Assembly (NCBI RefSeq): GCF_006345805.1
Contig: NC_043000.1
Location: 115,940,001 to 116,004,000 of the forward strand
Source: Octopus sinensis
Lineage: Eukaryota
DNA length: 64,000 bases
Direction of reading: 5' to 3'
Shown piece by piece: positions 11,801-25,636 of this stretch. Numbering within the stretch: position 1 is the first letter of the stretch; each line of letters begins with the position of its first letter. Under the pieces are notes generated by a model, which worked only from the letters and a program-made list of their open reading frames with translations, was not told where the DNA came from and made no database searches. The position numbers and the translations under genes are program-made.

Positions 11801-14800
11801 TGGAAAGGGGAGAACAGAGATTCTTCGCTTGCTTATTTTGAATTTGTTGACACTGTTAGTTGGGAGCAGATCTTCGAGAAGGTATGTTCTTATTTTCAGT
11901 GTTTCCAAATCCAAACCAAGGAATTTCCGAGCCGATGATAGAAATGTTGTTTTGACTAATCTTGAAACGTACGTTCTCGAATAACCTTAGCATTTGATTT
12001 TTCGATGTCATTACCCCCAAACTTTTGTGAGTTAAATTATGCAAACACTATATATGAGAGAGATTTTCTTTAAGTATTAGAAATAGCCTTAAAAAAGTTT
12101 TTTAGCTGCTATTTCTAGTGAGTTCAGTATGCGGCAAAGTAATTTATTTTACTAAGCCCTTTTATATAATGTAATAATTTGAATTCGCCTTGAATGGTCC
12201 CTTTGCATACTGAACACTTGGTGAAATTGATTAATAATTAATTAATTTTGCCCTCAATTGTTGAAATTATAATTAATCTCCCTCTGATTAATGCTTCGGA
12301 CTTTACCGAAATAAGCATAGAGTTTGATGATTTTAACCCACGCTGGTGGAAAGGGGAGAACAGAGATTCTTCGCTTGCTTATTTTGAATTTGTTGACACT
12401 GTTAGTTGGGAGCAGATCTTCGAGAAGGTATGTTCTTATTTTCAGTGTTTCCAAATCCAAACCAAGGAATTTCCGAGCCGATGATAGAAATGTTGTTTTG
12501 ACTAATCTTGAAACGTACGTTCTCGAATAACCTTAGCATTTGATTTTTCGATGTCATTACCCCCAAACTTTTGTGAGTTAAATTATGCAAACACTATATA
12601 TGAGAGAGATTTTCTTTAAGTATTAGAAATAGCCTTAAAAAAGTTTTTTAGCTGCTATTTCTAGTGAGTTCAGTATGCGGCAAAGTAATTTATTTTACTA
12701 AGCCCTTTTATATAATGTAATAATTTGAATTCGCCTTGAATGGTCCCTTTGCATACTGAACACTTGGTGAAATTGATTAATAATTAATTAATTTTGCCCT
12801 CAATTGTTGAAATTATAATTAATCTCCCTCTGATTAATGCTTCGGACTTTACCGAAATAAGCATAGAGTTTGATGATTTTAACCCACGCTGGTGGAAAGG
12901 GGAGAACAGAGATTCTTCGCTTGCTTATTTTGAATTTGTTGACACTGTTAGTTGGGAGCAGATCTTCGAGAAGGTATGTTCTTATTTTCAGTGTTTCCAA
13001 ATCCAAACCAAGGAATTTCCGAGCCGATGATAGAAATGTTGTTTTGACTAATCTTGAAACGTACGTTCTCGAATAACCTTAGCATTTGATTTTTCGATGT
13101 CATTACCCCCAAACTTTTGTGAGTTAAATTATGCAAACACTATATATGAGAGAGATTTTCTTTAAGTATTAGAAATAGCCTTAAAAAAGTTTTTTAGCTG
13201 CTATTTCTAGTGAGTTCAGTATGCGGCAAAGTAATTTATTTTACTAAGCCCTTTTATATAATGTAATAATTTGAATTCGCCTTGAATGGTCCCTTTGCAT
13301 ACTGAACACTTGGTGAAATTGATTAATAATTAATTAATTTTGCCCTCAATTGTTGAAATTATAATTAATCTCCCTCTGATTAATGCTTCGGACTTTACCG
13401 AAATAAGCATAGAGTTTGATGATTTTAACCCACGATGGTGGAAAGGGGAGAACAGAGATTCTTCGCTTGCTTATTTTGAATTTGTTGACACTGTTAGTTG
13501 GGAGCAGATCTTCGAGAAGGTATGTTCTTATTTTCAGTGTTTCCAAATCCAAACCAAGGAATTTCCGAGCCGATGATAGAAATGTTGTTTTGACTAATCT
13601 TGAAACGTACGTTCTCGAATAACCTTAGCATTTGATTTTTCGATGTCATTACCCCCAAACTTTTGTGAGTTAAATTATGCAAACACTATATATGAGAGAG
13701 ATTTTCTTTAAGTATTAGAAATAGCCTTAAAAAAGTTTTTTAGCTGCTATTTCTAGTGAGTTCAGTATGCGGCAAAGTAATTTATTTTACTAAGCCCTTT
13801 TATATAATGTAATAATTTGAATTCGCCTTGAATGGTCCCTTTGCATACTGAACACTTGGTGAAATTGATTAATAATTAATTAATTTTGCCCTCAATTGTT
13901 GAAATTATAATTAATCTCCCTCTGATTAATGCTTCGGACTTTACCGAAATAAGCATAGAGTTTGATGATTTTAACCCACGCTGGTGGAAAGGGGAGAACA
14001 GAGATTCTTCGCTTGCTTATTTTGAATTTGTTGACACTGTTAGTTGGGAGCAGATCTTCGAGAAGGTATGTTCTTATTTTCAGTGTTTCCAAATCCAAAC
14101 CAAGGAATTTCCGAGCCGATGATAGAAATGTTGTTTTGACTAATCTTGAAACGTACGTTCTCGAATAACCTTAGCATTTGATTTTTCGATGTCATTACCC
14201 CCAAACTTTTGTGAGTTAAATTATGCAAACACTATATATGAGAGAGATTTTCTTTAAGTATTAGAAATAGCCTTAAAAAAGTTTTTTAGCTGCTATTTCT
14301 AGTGAGTTCAGTATGCGGCAAAGTAATTTATTTTACTAAGCCCTTTTATATAATGTAATAATTTGAATTCGCCTTGAATGGTCCCTTTGCATACTGAACA
14401 CTTGGTGAAATTGATTAATAATTAATTAATTTTGCCCTCAATTGTTGAAATTATAATTAATCTCCCTCTGATTAATGCTTCGGACTTTACCGAAATAAGC
14501 ATAGAGTTTGATGATTTTAACCCACGCTGGTGGAAAGGGGAGAACAGAGATTCTTCGCTTGCTTATTTTGAATTTGTTGACACTGTTAGTTGGGAGCAGA
14601 TCTTCGAGAAGGTATGTTCTTATTTTCAGTGTTTCCAAATCCAAACCAAGGAATTTCCGAGCCGATGATAGAAATGTTGTTTTGACTAATCTTGAAACGT
14701 ACGTTCTCGAATAGCCTTAGCATTTGATTTTTCGATGTCATTACCCCCAAACTTTTGTGAGTTAAATTATGCAAACACTATATATGAGAGAGATTTTCTT

Positions 14801-16627
14801 TAAGTATTAGAAATAGCCTTAAAAAAGTTTTTTAGCTGCTATTTCTAGTGAGTTCAGTATGCGGCAAAGTAATTTATTTACTAAGCCCTTTTATATAATG
14901 TAATAATTTGAATTCGCCTTGAATGGTCCCTTTGCATACTGAACACTTGGTGAAATTGATTAATAATTAATTAATTTTGCCCTCAATTGTTGAAATTATA
15001 ATTAATCTCCCTCTGATTAATGCTTCGGACTTTACCGAAATAAGCATAGAGTTTGATGATTTTAACCCACGCTGGTGGAAAGGGGAGAACAGAGATTCTT
15101 CGCTTGCTTATTTTGAATTTGTTGACACTGTTAGTTGGGAGCAGATCTTCGAGAAGGTATGTTCTTATTTTCAGTGTTTCCAAATCCAAACCAAGGAATT
15201 TCCGAGCCGATGATAGAAATGTTGTTTTGACTAATCTTGAAACGTACGTTCTCGAATAACCTTAGCATTTGATTTTTCGATGTCATTACCCCCAAACTTT
15301 TGTGAGTTAAATTATGCAAACACTATATATGAGAGAGATTTTCTTAAGTATTAGAAATAGCCTTAAAAAAGTTTTTTAGCTGCTATTTCTAGTGAGTTCA
15401 GTATGCGGCAAAGTAATTTATTTTACTAAGCCCTTTTATATAATGTAATAATTTGAATTCGCCTTGAATGGTCCCTTTGCATACTGAACACTTGGTGAAA
15501 TTGATTAATAATTAATTAATTTTGCCCTCAATTGTTGAAATTATAATTAATCTCCCTCTGATTAATGCTTCGGACTTTACCGAAATAAGCATAGAGTTTG
15601 ATGATTTTAACCCACGCTGGTGGAAAGGGGAGAACAGAGATTCTTCGCTTGCTTATTTTGAATTTGTTGACACTGTTAGTTGGGAGCAGATCTTCGAGAA
15701 GGTATGTTCTTATTTTCAGTGTTTCCAAATCCAAACCAAGGAATTTCCGAGCCGATGATAGAAATGTTGTTTTGACTAATCTTGAAACGTACGTTCTCGA
15801 ATAACCTTAGCATTTGATTTTTCGATGTCATTACCCCCAAACTTTTGTGAGTTAAATTATGCAAACACTATATATGAGAGAGATTTTCTTTAAGTATTAG
15901 AAATAGCCTTAAAAAAGTTTTTAGCTGCTATTTCTAGTGAGTTCAGTATGCGGCAAAGTAATTTATTTTACTAAGCCCTTTTATATAATGTAATAATTGA
16001 ATTCGCCTTGAATGGTCCCTTTGCATACTGAACACTTGGTGAAATTGATTAATAATTAATTAATTTTGCCCTCAATTGTTGAAATTATAATTAATCTCCC
16101 TCTGATTAATGCTTCGGACTTTACCGAAATAAGCATAGAGTTTGATGATTTTAACCCACGCTGGTGGAAAGGGGAGAACAGAGATTCTTCGCTTGCTTAT
16201 TTTGAATTTGTTGACACTGTTAGTTGGGAGCAGATCTTCGAGAAGGTATGTTCTTATTTTCAGTGTTTCCAAATCCAAACCAAGGAATTTCCGAGCCGAT
16301 GATAGAAATGTTGTTTTGACTAATCTTGAAACGTACGTTCTCGAATAACCTTAGCATTTGATTTTTCGATGTCATTACCCCCAAACTTTTGTGAGTTAAA
16401 TTATGCAAACACTATATATGAGAGAGATTTTCTTTAAGTATTAGAAATAGCCTTAAAAAAGTTTTTTAGCTGCTATTTCTAGTGAGTTCAGTATGCGGCA
16501 AAGTAATTTATTTTACTAAGCCCTTTTATATAATGTAATAATTTGAATTCGCCTTGAATGGTCCCTTTGCATACTGAACACTTGGTGAAATTGATTAATA
16601 ATTAATTAATTTTGCCCTCAATTGTTG

Positions 16628-16635
<8 letters not shown>
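8878..16635. repeat. Satellite-like tandem array, 546-bp unit, 14 full copies plus a ~119-bp partial copy
   Basis: Unit starts TAAGCCC at 8878, 9424, 9970, 10515, 11061, 11607, 12153, 12699, 13245, 13791, 14337, 14882, 15427, 15972 and 16517. The ORF track recurs with a 544-546 bp period. Confidence 0.99.
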
Positions 16636-16702
<67 letters not shown>

Positions 16703-17354
16703 ACGTGTGTGTCTGTCTGTATGTATGTATAACGCTATTTTCTATATTATCTGCATTCTTCGATACAGCGTTGTCTTATGAAAAGCAAAATCGATTTTGA
16801 AGACACGATGCAGTGAAACACAATATGTTCGACTGTTTGTATTAATGTAGCAATCATGTGGTTTAAAGGTGGAAACTGATTGTTATGTTGCTTGCTCTAA
16901 GCGATTTTCCATGTTAAAACACACTCCAGTAGAAATGTAATCGCTAGAGATTCCGAATATATATACACACACATATATATATATAAATATATGTGTATAT
17001 AAATACATATATACGCATATACACACATATATATATACCCATACATACATATATATACATATGTATATATATATATGGGTGTGTGTATGTATGTATGTAT
17101 ATATATATATGTATGTGTGTATGTATATACATATGCCTTTCTTGCTGTCTGGTGAGGACAAACGATCACGAAATACGTTCACCTGTACAACAGAGCCGGC
17201 CTCTGAGCCAAGTAGGACATTTTCACACCATTTTCTCATAAGTGAGGTTTTATTTCCCTATAACAAACTTAAATGAAAAACATCCATAGATTCCCATGCT
17301 AAATGTATTTGAACTGGCCCTAATTTTATGCATGCATACATACATACATACATT

Positions 17355-17720
17355 TAGGGGAAGGGTTCAGTCGATGAGATCGTCCCCAGTACGCAACTGG
17401 TACTTAATTTATCGATCCCGAAAGGATGAGAGGCAAAGTCGACCTCGGCGGAATTTGAACTCAGAACGTAAAAATAGACGAAATACCTATTTCTTTACTA
17501 CCCATAAGGGGCTAAACACAGAGAGGACAAACAAGAATAGACAAACGGAATAAGTCGATTACATCGACCCCAGTGCGTAACTGGTACTTATTTAATCAAC
17601 CCCGAAAGGATGACAGGCAAAGTCGACCTCGGCGGAATTTGAACTCAGAACGTAGCGGCAGACGAAATACCGCAAAGCATTTCGCCCAGCGTGCTAACGT
17701 TTCTGCCAGCTCGCCGCCTT
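17355..17720 (-). mobile_element. SINE family A, head plus tandem second unit
   Basis: Two CTGGTACTTA...GAACTCAGAACGTA modules about 184 bp apart, ending in the head GTGCTAACGTTTCTGCCAGCTCGCCGCC. Confidence 0.9.
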
Positions 17721-18128
17721 AAATACAAAGAAACCTTATTCGGGGTGGAATATATTTACTATTGTTAGTGAATAAATAAACTGAAAGTAGAGAATCAACG
17801 GAAAATATGTATTGCAATGGAAGGTATAATTCTTTACACCCTCGTGCATAAAAATTTACTGCACTCCTTTAACTCTTTACATTGCTATGCTTTTTATTAA
17901 ATGTGTTACCTCACTTGGGCACATAAAACATACATCACAAATCACGAAGCATCAGTCGCAAAGCTTTGACCTGTGACCTTCAAAGGAAATATTTTCTTTA
18001 TGAGAGTAATTTTTATATTGCTCGCATTAATAAATTTTACACGGGATAAAATTCCATAATATCATAATTTTGTATGTGCAGCAAACATTTTATTCCTCAA
18101 TGCTGATCTGAAAAACACACACGCACAT

Positions 18129-18189
<61 letters not shown>

Positions 18190-18304
18190 TGTATATAAAT
18201 TCATATTACATATATATACTATATATACACACATTTATATCTGCATATATATCTTGCATATATACGTGTATGCATACACATACATATATTTATATATATG
18301 CATG

Positions 18305-18350
<46 letters not shown>

Positions 18351-18768
18351 CACATAATACTAAAATGCTGAAAAACTTATTTGGTATTTTATGATTTATA
18401 AAGCATGCGTACGTAATTGCTTGTTGTTCAAAGTTATATAATATTATCGATACATTTCGTCAGTGTTCAGCAAAAAAATACAAGGAATATTGTTAAGTGC
18501 TTAATATATATATATTTATATCTATTATGCGTATTATCAACAACGGAGTGGCAGAACCCACGACATAGGGTAGGAGAAGAAAGCAGAGTCAGAAGGTCGA
18601 GGTTACTTCATACCTATATGAGCAGATGGACTTATAGATTCATTTACATTCACAACCATTCCAATATGTATAGAATAGAGAGGCGACGGGAATAAAGGAA
18701 AGAGACAACTGCTGAGTATTGTAGGCAAGTTAACTGTAGTATCAACAACTGCAACAACACCTACAAGA

Positions 18769-19212
18769 GTGGATGCGCAATGGCCCTCTGGTTAGGGCAG
18801 CGGACTCGCGGTTTCGATTCCCAGACCAAGCGTTGTGTGTATTTATTGAGCGAAAACACCTAAAGCTCGACGAGGCTCCGGCAAGGTGTGGAGGCGACCC
18901 CTGTTGTACTCTTTCGCTCCAAATTTCTCTCACTCTTTCTTTCTGTTTCTTGTCCCCGACTTCCTACGCAACCGCTGAGCCTGGATGTACATTCATCCAT
19001 CCTGTCGATGCTCTCGGTGTCGGGGGTTGACCTGCTTTCTCTTCTGCGGGTCTTACGAATAGCAAAGGACGCCTTCCACGGGTCGAAGACCGCTTCACTC
19101 AACAGCGTGCAACACATAATGAATTATCACGTGTGTCGTTGTGACTTGTAGTGGAGTGTGGAACATACAACTAAGGCCGAAGTTTGGTTACGTGCTTCAC
19201 TTACAGCTCATT
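18769..19212 (+). mobile_element. SINE family C with long 3' tail (tail X)
   Basis: GTGGATGCGCAATGGCCCTCTGGTTAGGGCAGCGGACTCGCGGTTTCGATTCCCAGACC head, shared body, then a GC-richer tail not seen in the other C copies. Tail end is approximate. Confidence 0.75.
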
Positions 19213-19332
19213 ATATATGTCTATGTGTGTGTGTGTGTGTGTGTGTGTGCTAGTGTGTGTGTACGTGTGCGTGTGTGTTGTTATATATATACATGTAAAT
19301 ACACGGACACACACAGACACATACACGCATAA

Positions 19333-19391
<59 letters not shown>

Positions 19392-19392
<1 letters not shown>

Positions 19393-19607
19393 AAGTTAAT
19401 CCAAACATGAAAACACAAAGAGAAAACACAACAATGCGAGGACGTGGAACAAGTATAGTATTATTGAACGCTCAGGAAAGAAGGAAAGAAGGAAGGTTTA
19501 GCGTTTCGGGCGGAGCTCTTCGTCAGAAACATAGGAAAATGAAAGATTCAAAGGGAAGACGGAGGAAAAAATATCGCCAACGGTACCCACGCGGTCACAT
19601 TTTGAAT

Positions 19608-19612
<5 letters not shown>
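19392..19612 (-). mobile_element. ~220-bp (TA)n-flanked Penelope-terminus-like element with a minimal hammerhead at 19496-19530
   Basis: Minus strand GTTT-CTGACGA-A-GAG-CTCCG-CCC-GAAAC-GCT-AAAC. Homologous copy at 58720-58932. Confidence 0.7.
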
Positions 19613-19648
<36 letters not shown>

Positions 19649-20149
19649 AATGGAATCCGTACTTGCATGTTTGTATTGGTGCCGAGTCGTATTCGTTGTA
19701 ATAACCCTTTTTACTATAGACAAAAGACCTGAAATTTGGGGAAGGGGATAGTCAAATACATTGACCCCAATACTCAAATGGTACTTATTTCCCTCTATCC
19801 ATCTTCTTCCTCCTAACATAGTACCCGACTTACTGCTCTAACCTTACATATTAACATATTTCCATGAATTCCTTCATACTTAAATGTTTTTTACTGAGGA
19901 AGATTTACGTAGTCGATGGATTTCGTATTATACATATTACGTACCTGAAACGTTCATATTAAATGATTTCAAAATATCGCTCCCTTTGGTTTGACTTCAT
20001 TACTACAACCTATATATGTGTGGGTGTGAGTGAATGTGTGTGCGTATGTGCGTGTGTCTACACATATAAATAGATAAATAAATGTAGCGTTATGTATAAA
20101 TATGTAAGTATCGATCTTTATTGGATATTAAGTCAAACAAATATAAACA

Positions 20150-20314
20150 TAGGCGCAAGAGTGGAATGTGTGGTAAGAAGCTTGGTTTCCAACCACATGG
20201 TTCAGGGTTCATTCCCACTGCGTGGCACCATGGGCAAGTGTTTTCTACTATAGCCTCGGGCCGAACAAAGCCTTGTGAGTGGATTTGGTAGACGGAAACT
20301 AAAAGAAGACCGTC

Positions 20315-20360
<46 letters not shown>

Positions 20361-20660
20361 GGCGGTGCCCCAGCATGGCCACAGCTCATGAGCTGAAACT
20401 AGAATCAATCAATCAATCAATCAATCATATATATGTGTGTGTGTATGTGTTGTTTGTGATCTGTGTTTGTCCCCTCACCATCACTTGAAAACCGATGCTG
20501 GTGTGTTTACGTCCCCTTAACTTAACGGTTCGGCAAAAGTTACCGACAGAATAAGTACTACGTTTAGAAAGAATAAGTCCTGGTGATCGATTTCCTCGAC
20601 TAAAAGGCAGTGCTCCAGCATGGCCACAGTCAAATGACTGAAACAAGGAAAAGAATATAA
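20150..20660 (+). mobile_element. SINE family B, full length, with an extra short tail and (AATC)n inside its internal microsatellite
   Basis: Head AGGCGCAAGAGTGGAATGTGTGGTAAG, CORE-like CATGGGCAAGTGTTTT, (TA)n, extra AATGGCGGTGCCCCAGCATGGCCACAG, then the normal tail ending GTCAAATGACTGAAAC. Confidence 0.85.
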
Positions 20661-20971
20661 GAATACAATCACACATACACGCACTCATGTGTACGTGTGA
20701 TTGTATATCCAGAAACACATCACATGTAAATAAAATTAATTATATGTATATTATGTGAACGCTGCAGTTCTCCGGTGCTATCATGATATATCCACGCAAA
20801 GTAGGATATAAAGGTTGTCATCTGGTAATAATACTGCTCCTCGGCAACGTGTAATATGTATGTATATACGTACGTACGTAGGTATGTATATATATATATA
20901 TATATATACATATAATATATGCCTATATATGTATTATTTATATTATTATTGGATTGAATACCACATTTTCA

Positions 20972-21024
<53 letters not shown>

Positions 21025-21074
21025 GTATGTGTGTATATATATATATATGTATATATATATGTATGTGTGTGTAT

Positions 21075-21147
<73 letters not shown>

Positions 21148-21175
21148 CATACACACATACCTGTATATATATATT

Positions 21176-21212
<37 letters not shown>

Positions 21213-21299
21213 AAATGGATGCGTGGCATTCAAACCAATAAAATGTATATTTACATCTACATATAAGCATATTCATACATATACATCCGCGTGTGCATG

Positions 21300-21352
<53 letters not shown>

Positions 21353-21484
21353 ACATAATACGTTAGGAGAACATATAGTTAGCAAACATGATACATTAGG
21401 ATATATAAATATTTTGCGTTTTTACAAGCAAAATATAATATTAATTTCATGAAATTATAACCCTCGGGTATGCTTTGTTTAATA

Positions 21485-21740
21485 TAACAACAACAACAAC
21501 AACAACAACAAAAACTATGCTGACGTTGATAATGATGACGACGATACTACTACTACTACAAATAATAATAATAATAATAATGATAATAATAATAATAGTA
21601 ATAATAAATAATAATGATAATAATAGTAATAATGGTTATTATGATGACGACGATGTCGAGGATAATAATAATAATAATAATAATGACGAAAATAATAATA
21701 ACAATGATAAAAAGGAGAAGAAGAGGAAAAACAAAATGAA
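21485..21740. repeat. Compound trinucleotide tract (AAC/GAT/ACT/AAT)
   Basis: Direct inspection. Confidence 0.85.
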
Positions 21741-22344
21741 CGGCATTATTAAAATAACTGCATGCCTACGTTCTTTTCTTTCAAGTTCTTTTTTTTTATT
21801 TATTTCTGCTCACGGAACATAATATCTATAAATACGTTGCGTAAATATAATGTTATAGAGAGTGGTAATTATGGAAATAAGGACGAAGCCCTACCGAACG
21901 CATACTAATGCTCTTCTCTCAATATTTTCTGTGTTGTAACTGATCCTGTCGTAGATGGACGGCTGCCTACGCGCATGCGTGTATAAGTGTGTTTACATTA
22001 GATTATTTATATATATATGTAAGTAGAAATATATTCATACAGAGATGGATATATTTATAATGTGTATATGTTACATACAAGTAGTATTTCTAAATTGTTT
22101 TAAAGCCAATAATTATATTCGAGTAGGTGAAAATGTTTGTATATTTGTTTGTAAATGCGTTTAAGATGGATGCGAATGCCGTATCGTGTGGTTCCTACGT
22201 ATAGGTACGAATATAGGTATGTACGTATATACGCATGGATTCATGGATTCAGGAATGTATGCATATAAATGAGTGTTTGCTAATACATGTATGCGATGGG
22301 AGGCTGTGCGAGTATGCGTGTATAAAGGAAGGAGTATATATGCG

Positions 22345-22365
22345 TCTTTATATAAGATATATGTA

Positions 22366-22398
<33 letters not shown>

Positions 22399-22444
22399 TA
22401 TGTATACATATATATATATATGTATATATATGTATATATATATG

Positions 22445-22475
<31 letters not shown>

Positions 22476-22550
22476 GTATATATATGTATATATATATGTA
22501 TATATATATGTATATATATATGTGTATATATATGTGTATATGTATATGTG

Positions 22551-22604
<54 letters not shown>

Positions 22605-23114
22605 CATATATGTATATGTATGTATATATGTATATGTATGTATATGTATATATATATGTATATATATGTATATGTATATATATGTATATGTATATATATA
22701 TGTATATGTATGTATATGTATATATATATATATGTATGTATATGTATATATATATATGTATATATATGTATATGTATATACATGTATATATATGTATATA
22801 TATGCATATGTATATATATGTATATATATGCATATGTATATATATGTATGTATATGTATATATATGTATATATATATATGTATATATATATATGTGTATA
22901 CATATATGTATGTATGTATATATATGTGTATACATATATGTATGTATGTATATATATATATGTGTATACATATATGTATGTATATATATGTGTATATACA
23001 TGTGTATATATATGTGTATACATATATGTATGTATGTATATATATATATATGTATGTATATATACATATATGTATGTATGTATATATGTATACATATATG
23101 TATATGTATGTATG

Positions 23115-23185
<71 letters not shown>
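22345..23185. repeat. ~840-bp degenerate (TA)n/(TATG)n microsatellite
   Basis: Direct inspection. Source of the 223-390 aa I/Y/H ORFs. Confidence 0.95.
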
Positions 23186-23949
23186 CTGTATATGTGTATG
23201 CAAAATAAATTGTACATGAATTTAATTTAATTTCTACCACAGTTTTCGTGCGCGCTAGCACAAGCACACGCACGTACATACATAAGTGTGTGTGTGTATA
23301 TATATGTATATATATACATTTATATGTATGCATGTGAACAGAAACTGCCAGATAGTGACTGGTAGACAGAAAGACAGCCCGGCAGAGAGAGGGAGGGATA
23401 GATAGATTGATATATAGATAGAGAGGGGGGAGTGAGCGGGGTTTCTGTCATCAAAATAGTGTTATGCGCAGTTTAGTTTTAAATAAAATTTATTCAGATA
23501 TAAGGAAATAGGCAACTGTGCATGTGTATAAACCAATTATACTCATAGAAATGTTATATAGGTATTTTGGGCATAGCCTGCAATTTCGCAGTTAGTACCG
23601 TTAGTTAAAGCGCAAGATAAGATAACTTGCGGTATTTACACCCGGTTACAGATTTGAGATCCCACCGATTTTAACTATTCTTGTCATCTCTTTATGATTG
23701 GTCTGTGGTTGATATAACCTACTAAACTCTTAAGGTGTAAAAGAGGTTGTGAATTATTGTACGAACTAATTTTCATAAATGTTTATAGAAGAGCTGGAGT
23801 ACATTATTTACGTTATTTATATTTGACGGATATTTGTCCTCATTTTATTTGTTGTTGACACACATTTTCGGCTGATATACCTTCCAGCCTTCATCAGGTG
23901 TGTTGGGGAAATTTTGAACCTGGGTTCTCATTCCTAAGTTATTTTTCGA

Positions 23950-23986
<37 letters not shown>

Positions 23987-23989
<3 letters not shown>

Positions 23990-24949
23990 TAGTTTTATTT
24001 TTATAGCGTGCTTTCACTTCACTACCGAGCGCAGCTCTGTGTGCCTTGGGTATGTGCTGTGATTTGTTGTGATGCTCTGATGGTTATTGTATGGAAAGTG
24101 TTCTGCGTAGGATGTGTGCAGTGCCTAGTAGTGCAATTTTCTGTATGTTATATGTGTTTGTAAGTCCTGGTGTTTTTGTTATGTATTTGTCTGAATATTT
24201 TTTTATCATGCCTAATGCACCTACTATGATAGGAATTGTTTCTGTTTTAGGTTCCACATTCTAGTTATCTCTATTTCCAGGTCTTTGTATTTTGAGAGTT
24301 TCTCCATTTCTTTTAGAGACACGTTGTCATCAGCCGGTATTGATACATCAATTAGAAAGCATTTTTTTTCTTCATGATCTCTGACAACTATATCTGGTCT
24401 GTTGGCCTTAATTTCTCTATCTGTGTGTATCGGCATATCCCAGAGTATGGTTGCTTTCTCGTTTTCTGTGACCTTTTCTGGTGTGTGCCTATACCATCTT
24501 TTTTCTGTTGTTATTCCATAATGTTGGCATAGCTTCCAGTGTATGTAGGTTCCAACTCTGTCATGTCTGTGAATATATTCCTTCTTAGCCAGGACTGGGC
24601 AGCTAGAGATAATATGATTTATTGTTTCTTGTCCATCTCCACATATTCTGCAGTTACTTGTAATATTTCTTTTTATTACATGTTTTTGGTAATTTCTGGT
24701 GGGGAGGCTTTGGTCTTGTGCTGCAATTAAAAATCCCTCTGTTTCTGCTTGGAGTCCTGAGCTTCTCAACCATTGCTGGGATTTTTCTTTGTCTATTTCT
24801 TTTGCGTTTAGTTTAGTGCAGTATTTACCATGAAGGGGTTTTTCTTGCCATCGTTTTATCATGGCTCGTTGCTGTTCTATTTTTAGTTTGGATTTCATTT
24901 GTTTTATAGCTTTTGTTGTTTCTTCATCATCTTCTTCTTCTTCTTTGTG

Positions 24950-24950
<1 letters not shown>
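23987..24950 (-). pseudogene. R4/Dong-clade RLE non-LTR retrotransposon, 3' fragment (ORF ends 24084)
   Basis: ETEGFLIAAQDQSL, CCHC knuckle CRICGDGQETINHIISSC, RHD, ILWD..NRPDIVV..IDVSIP..KLSKYKDLEIE (restriction-like endonuclease), about 97-nt 3' UTR, (AAT)n on both sides. Confidence 0.92.
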
Positions 24951-25023
<73 letters not shown>

Positions 25024-25024
<1 letters not shown>

Positions 25025-25576
25025 GAGTGAGAGAGCAGTGAATGCCATCAAAGTGACACTGGGTTAAAATATACGAAGCCCAGTATACCCATCATGACTA
25101 CCTGCATGTTAAGGGTACACCGAGCATATGCATCACAACCATATGTGCGCGACATGGGGATCTCATATCAAGATAAACAGCGCATGACCTTGCAGGTGGG
25201 GCCCAGTTAGAATTTTCTTCTGGTCGAGTAGCCCATCCTGCTCAAAAGGTCTCTGAATAAGGATTGTTTAAGGATGTTGAACGAACCACCTATGTTTCCA
25301 AAGGTGAATTATCCAAACCTCTAAGAATTCCTTTCAATACACGGCTATGATGCTCCCCACTACTTCTGCCCGTGGTCATTGATGCACATATCGTCAGCCA
25401 CCAAGGGACATGCTCAACTGGTTAAGGTCAAACAACTGACAATCAAATCTGTGGTATTGAGCAGAATATTTGCTGTAGCCCATCTTTTATACTAAGACAA
25501 AACAATGTACATGATAACACTTCCAATCAATTAAGGTTAGAATCCATGAGAGCCACTGTCTGGTACAGCATCAGAG

Positions 25577-25577
<1 letters not shown>
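25024..25577. mobile_element. ~555-bp non-coding element bounded on both sides by (TTA)n
   Basis: Complex sequence sharply delimited by (TTA)n 24951-25023 and (ATT)n 25578-25634, lying inside the host element. No ORF. Sense strand not established from this window. Confidence 0.65.

Positions 25578-25636
<59 letters not shown>

Noticed and set aside
8878-16635. CRISPR-like or rDNA/5S/histone array interpretation
   Set aside because: No repeat-spacer alternation and no rRNA, snRNA or histone similarity. The DNA is eukaryotic repeat-rich sequence.
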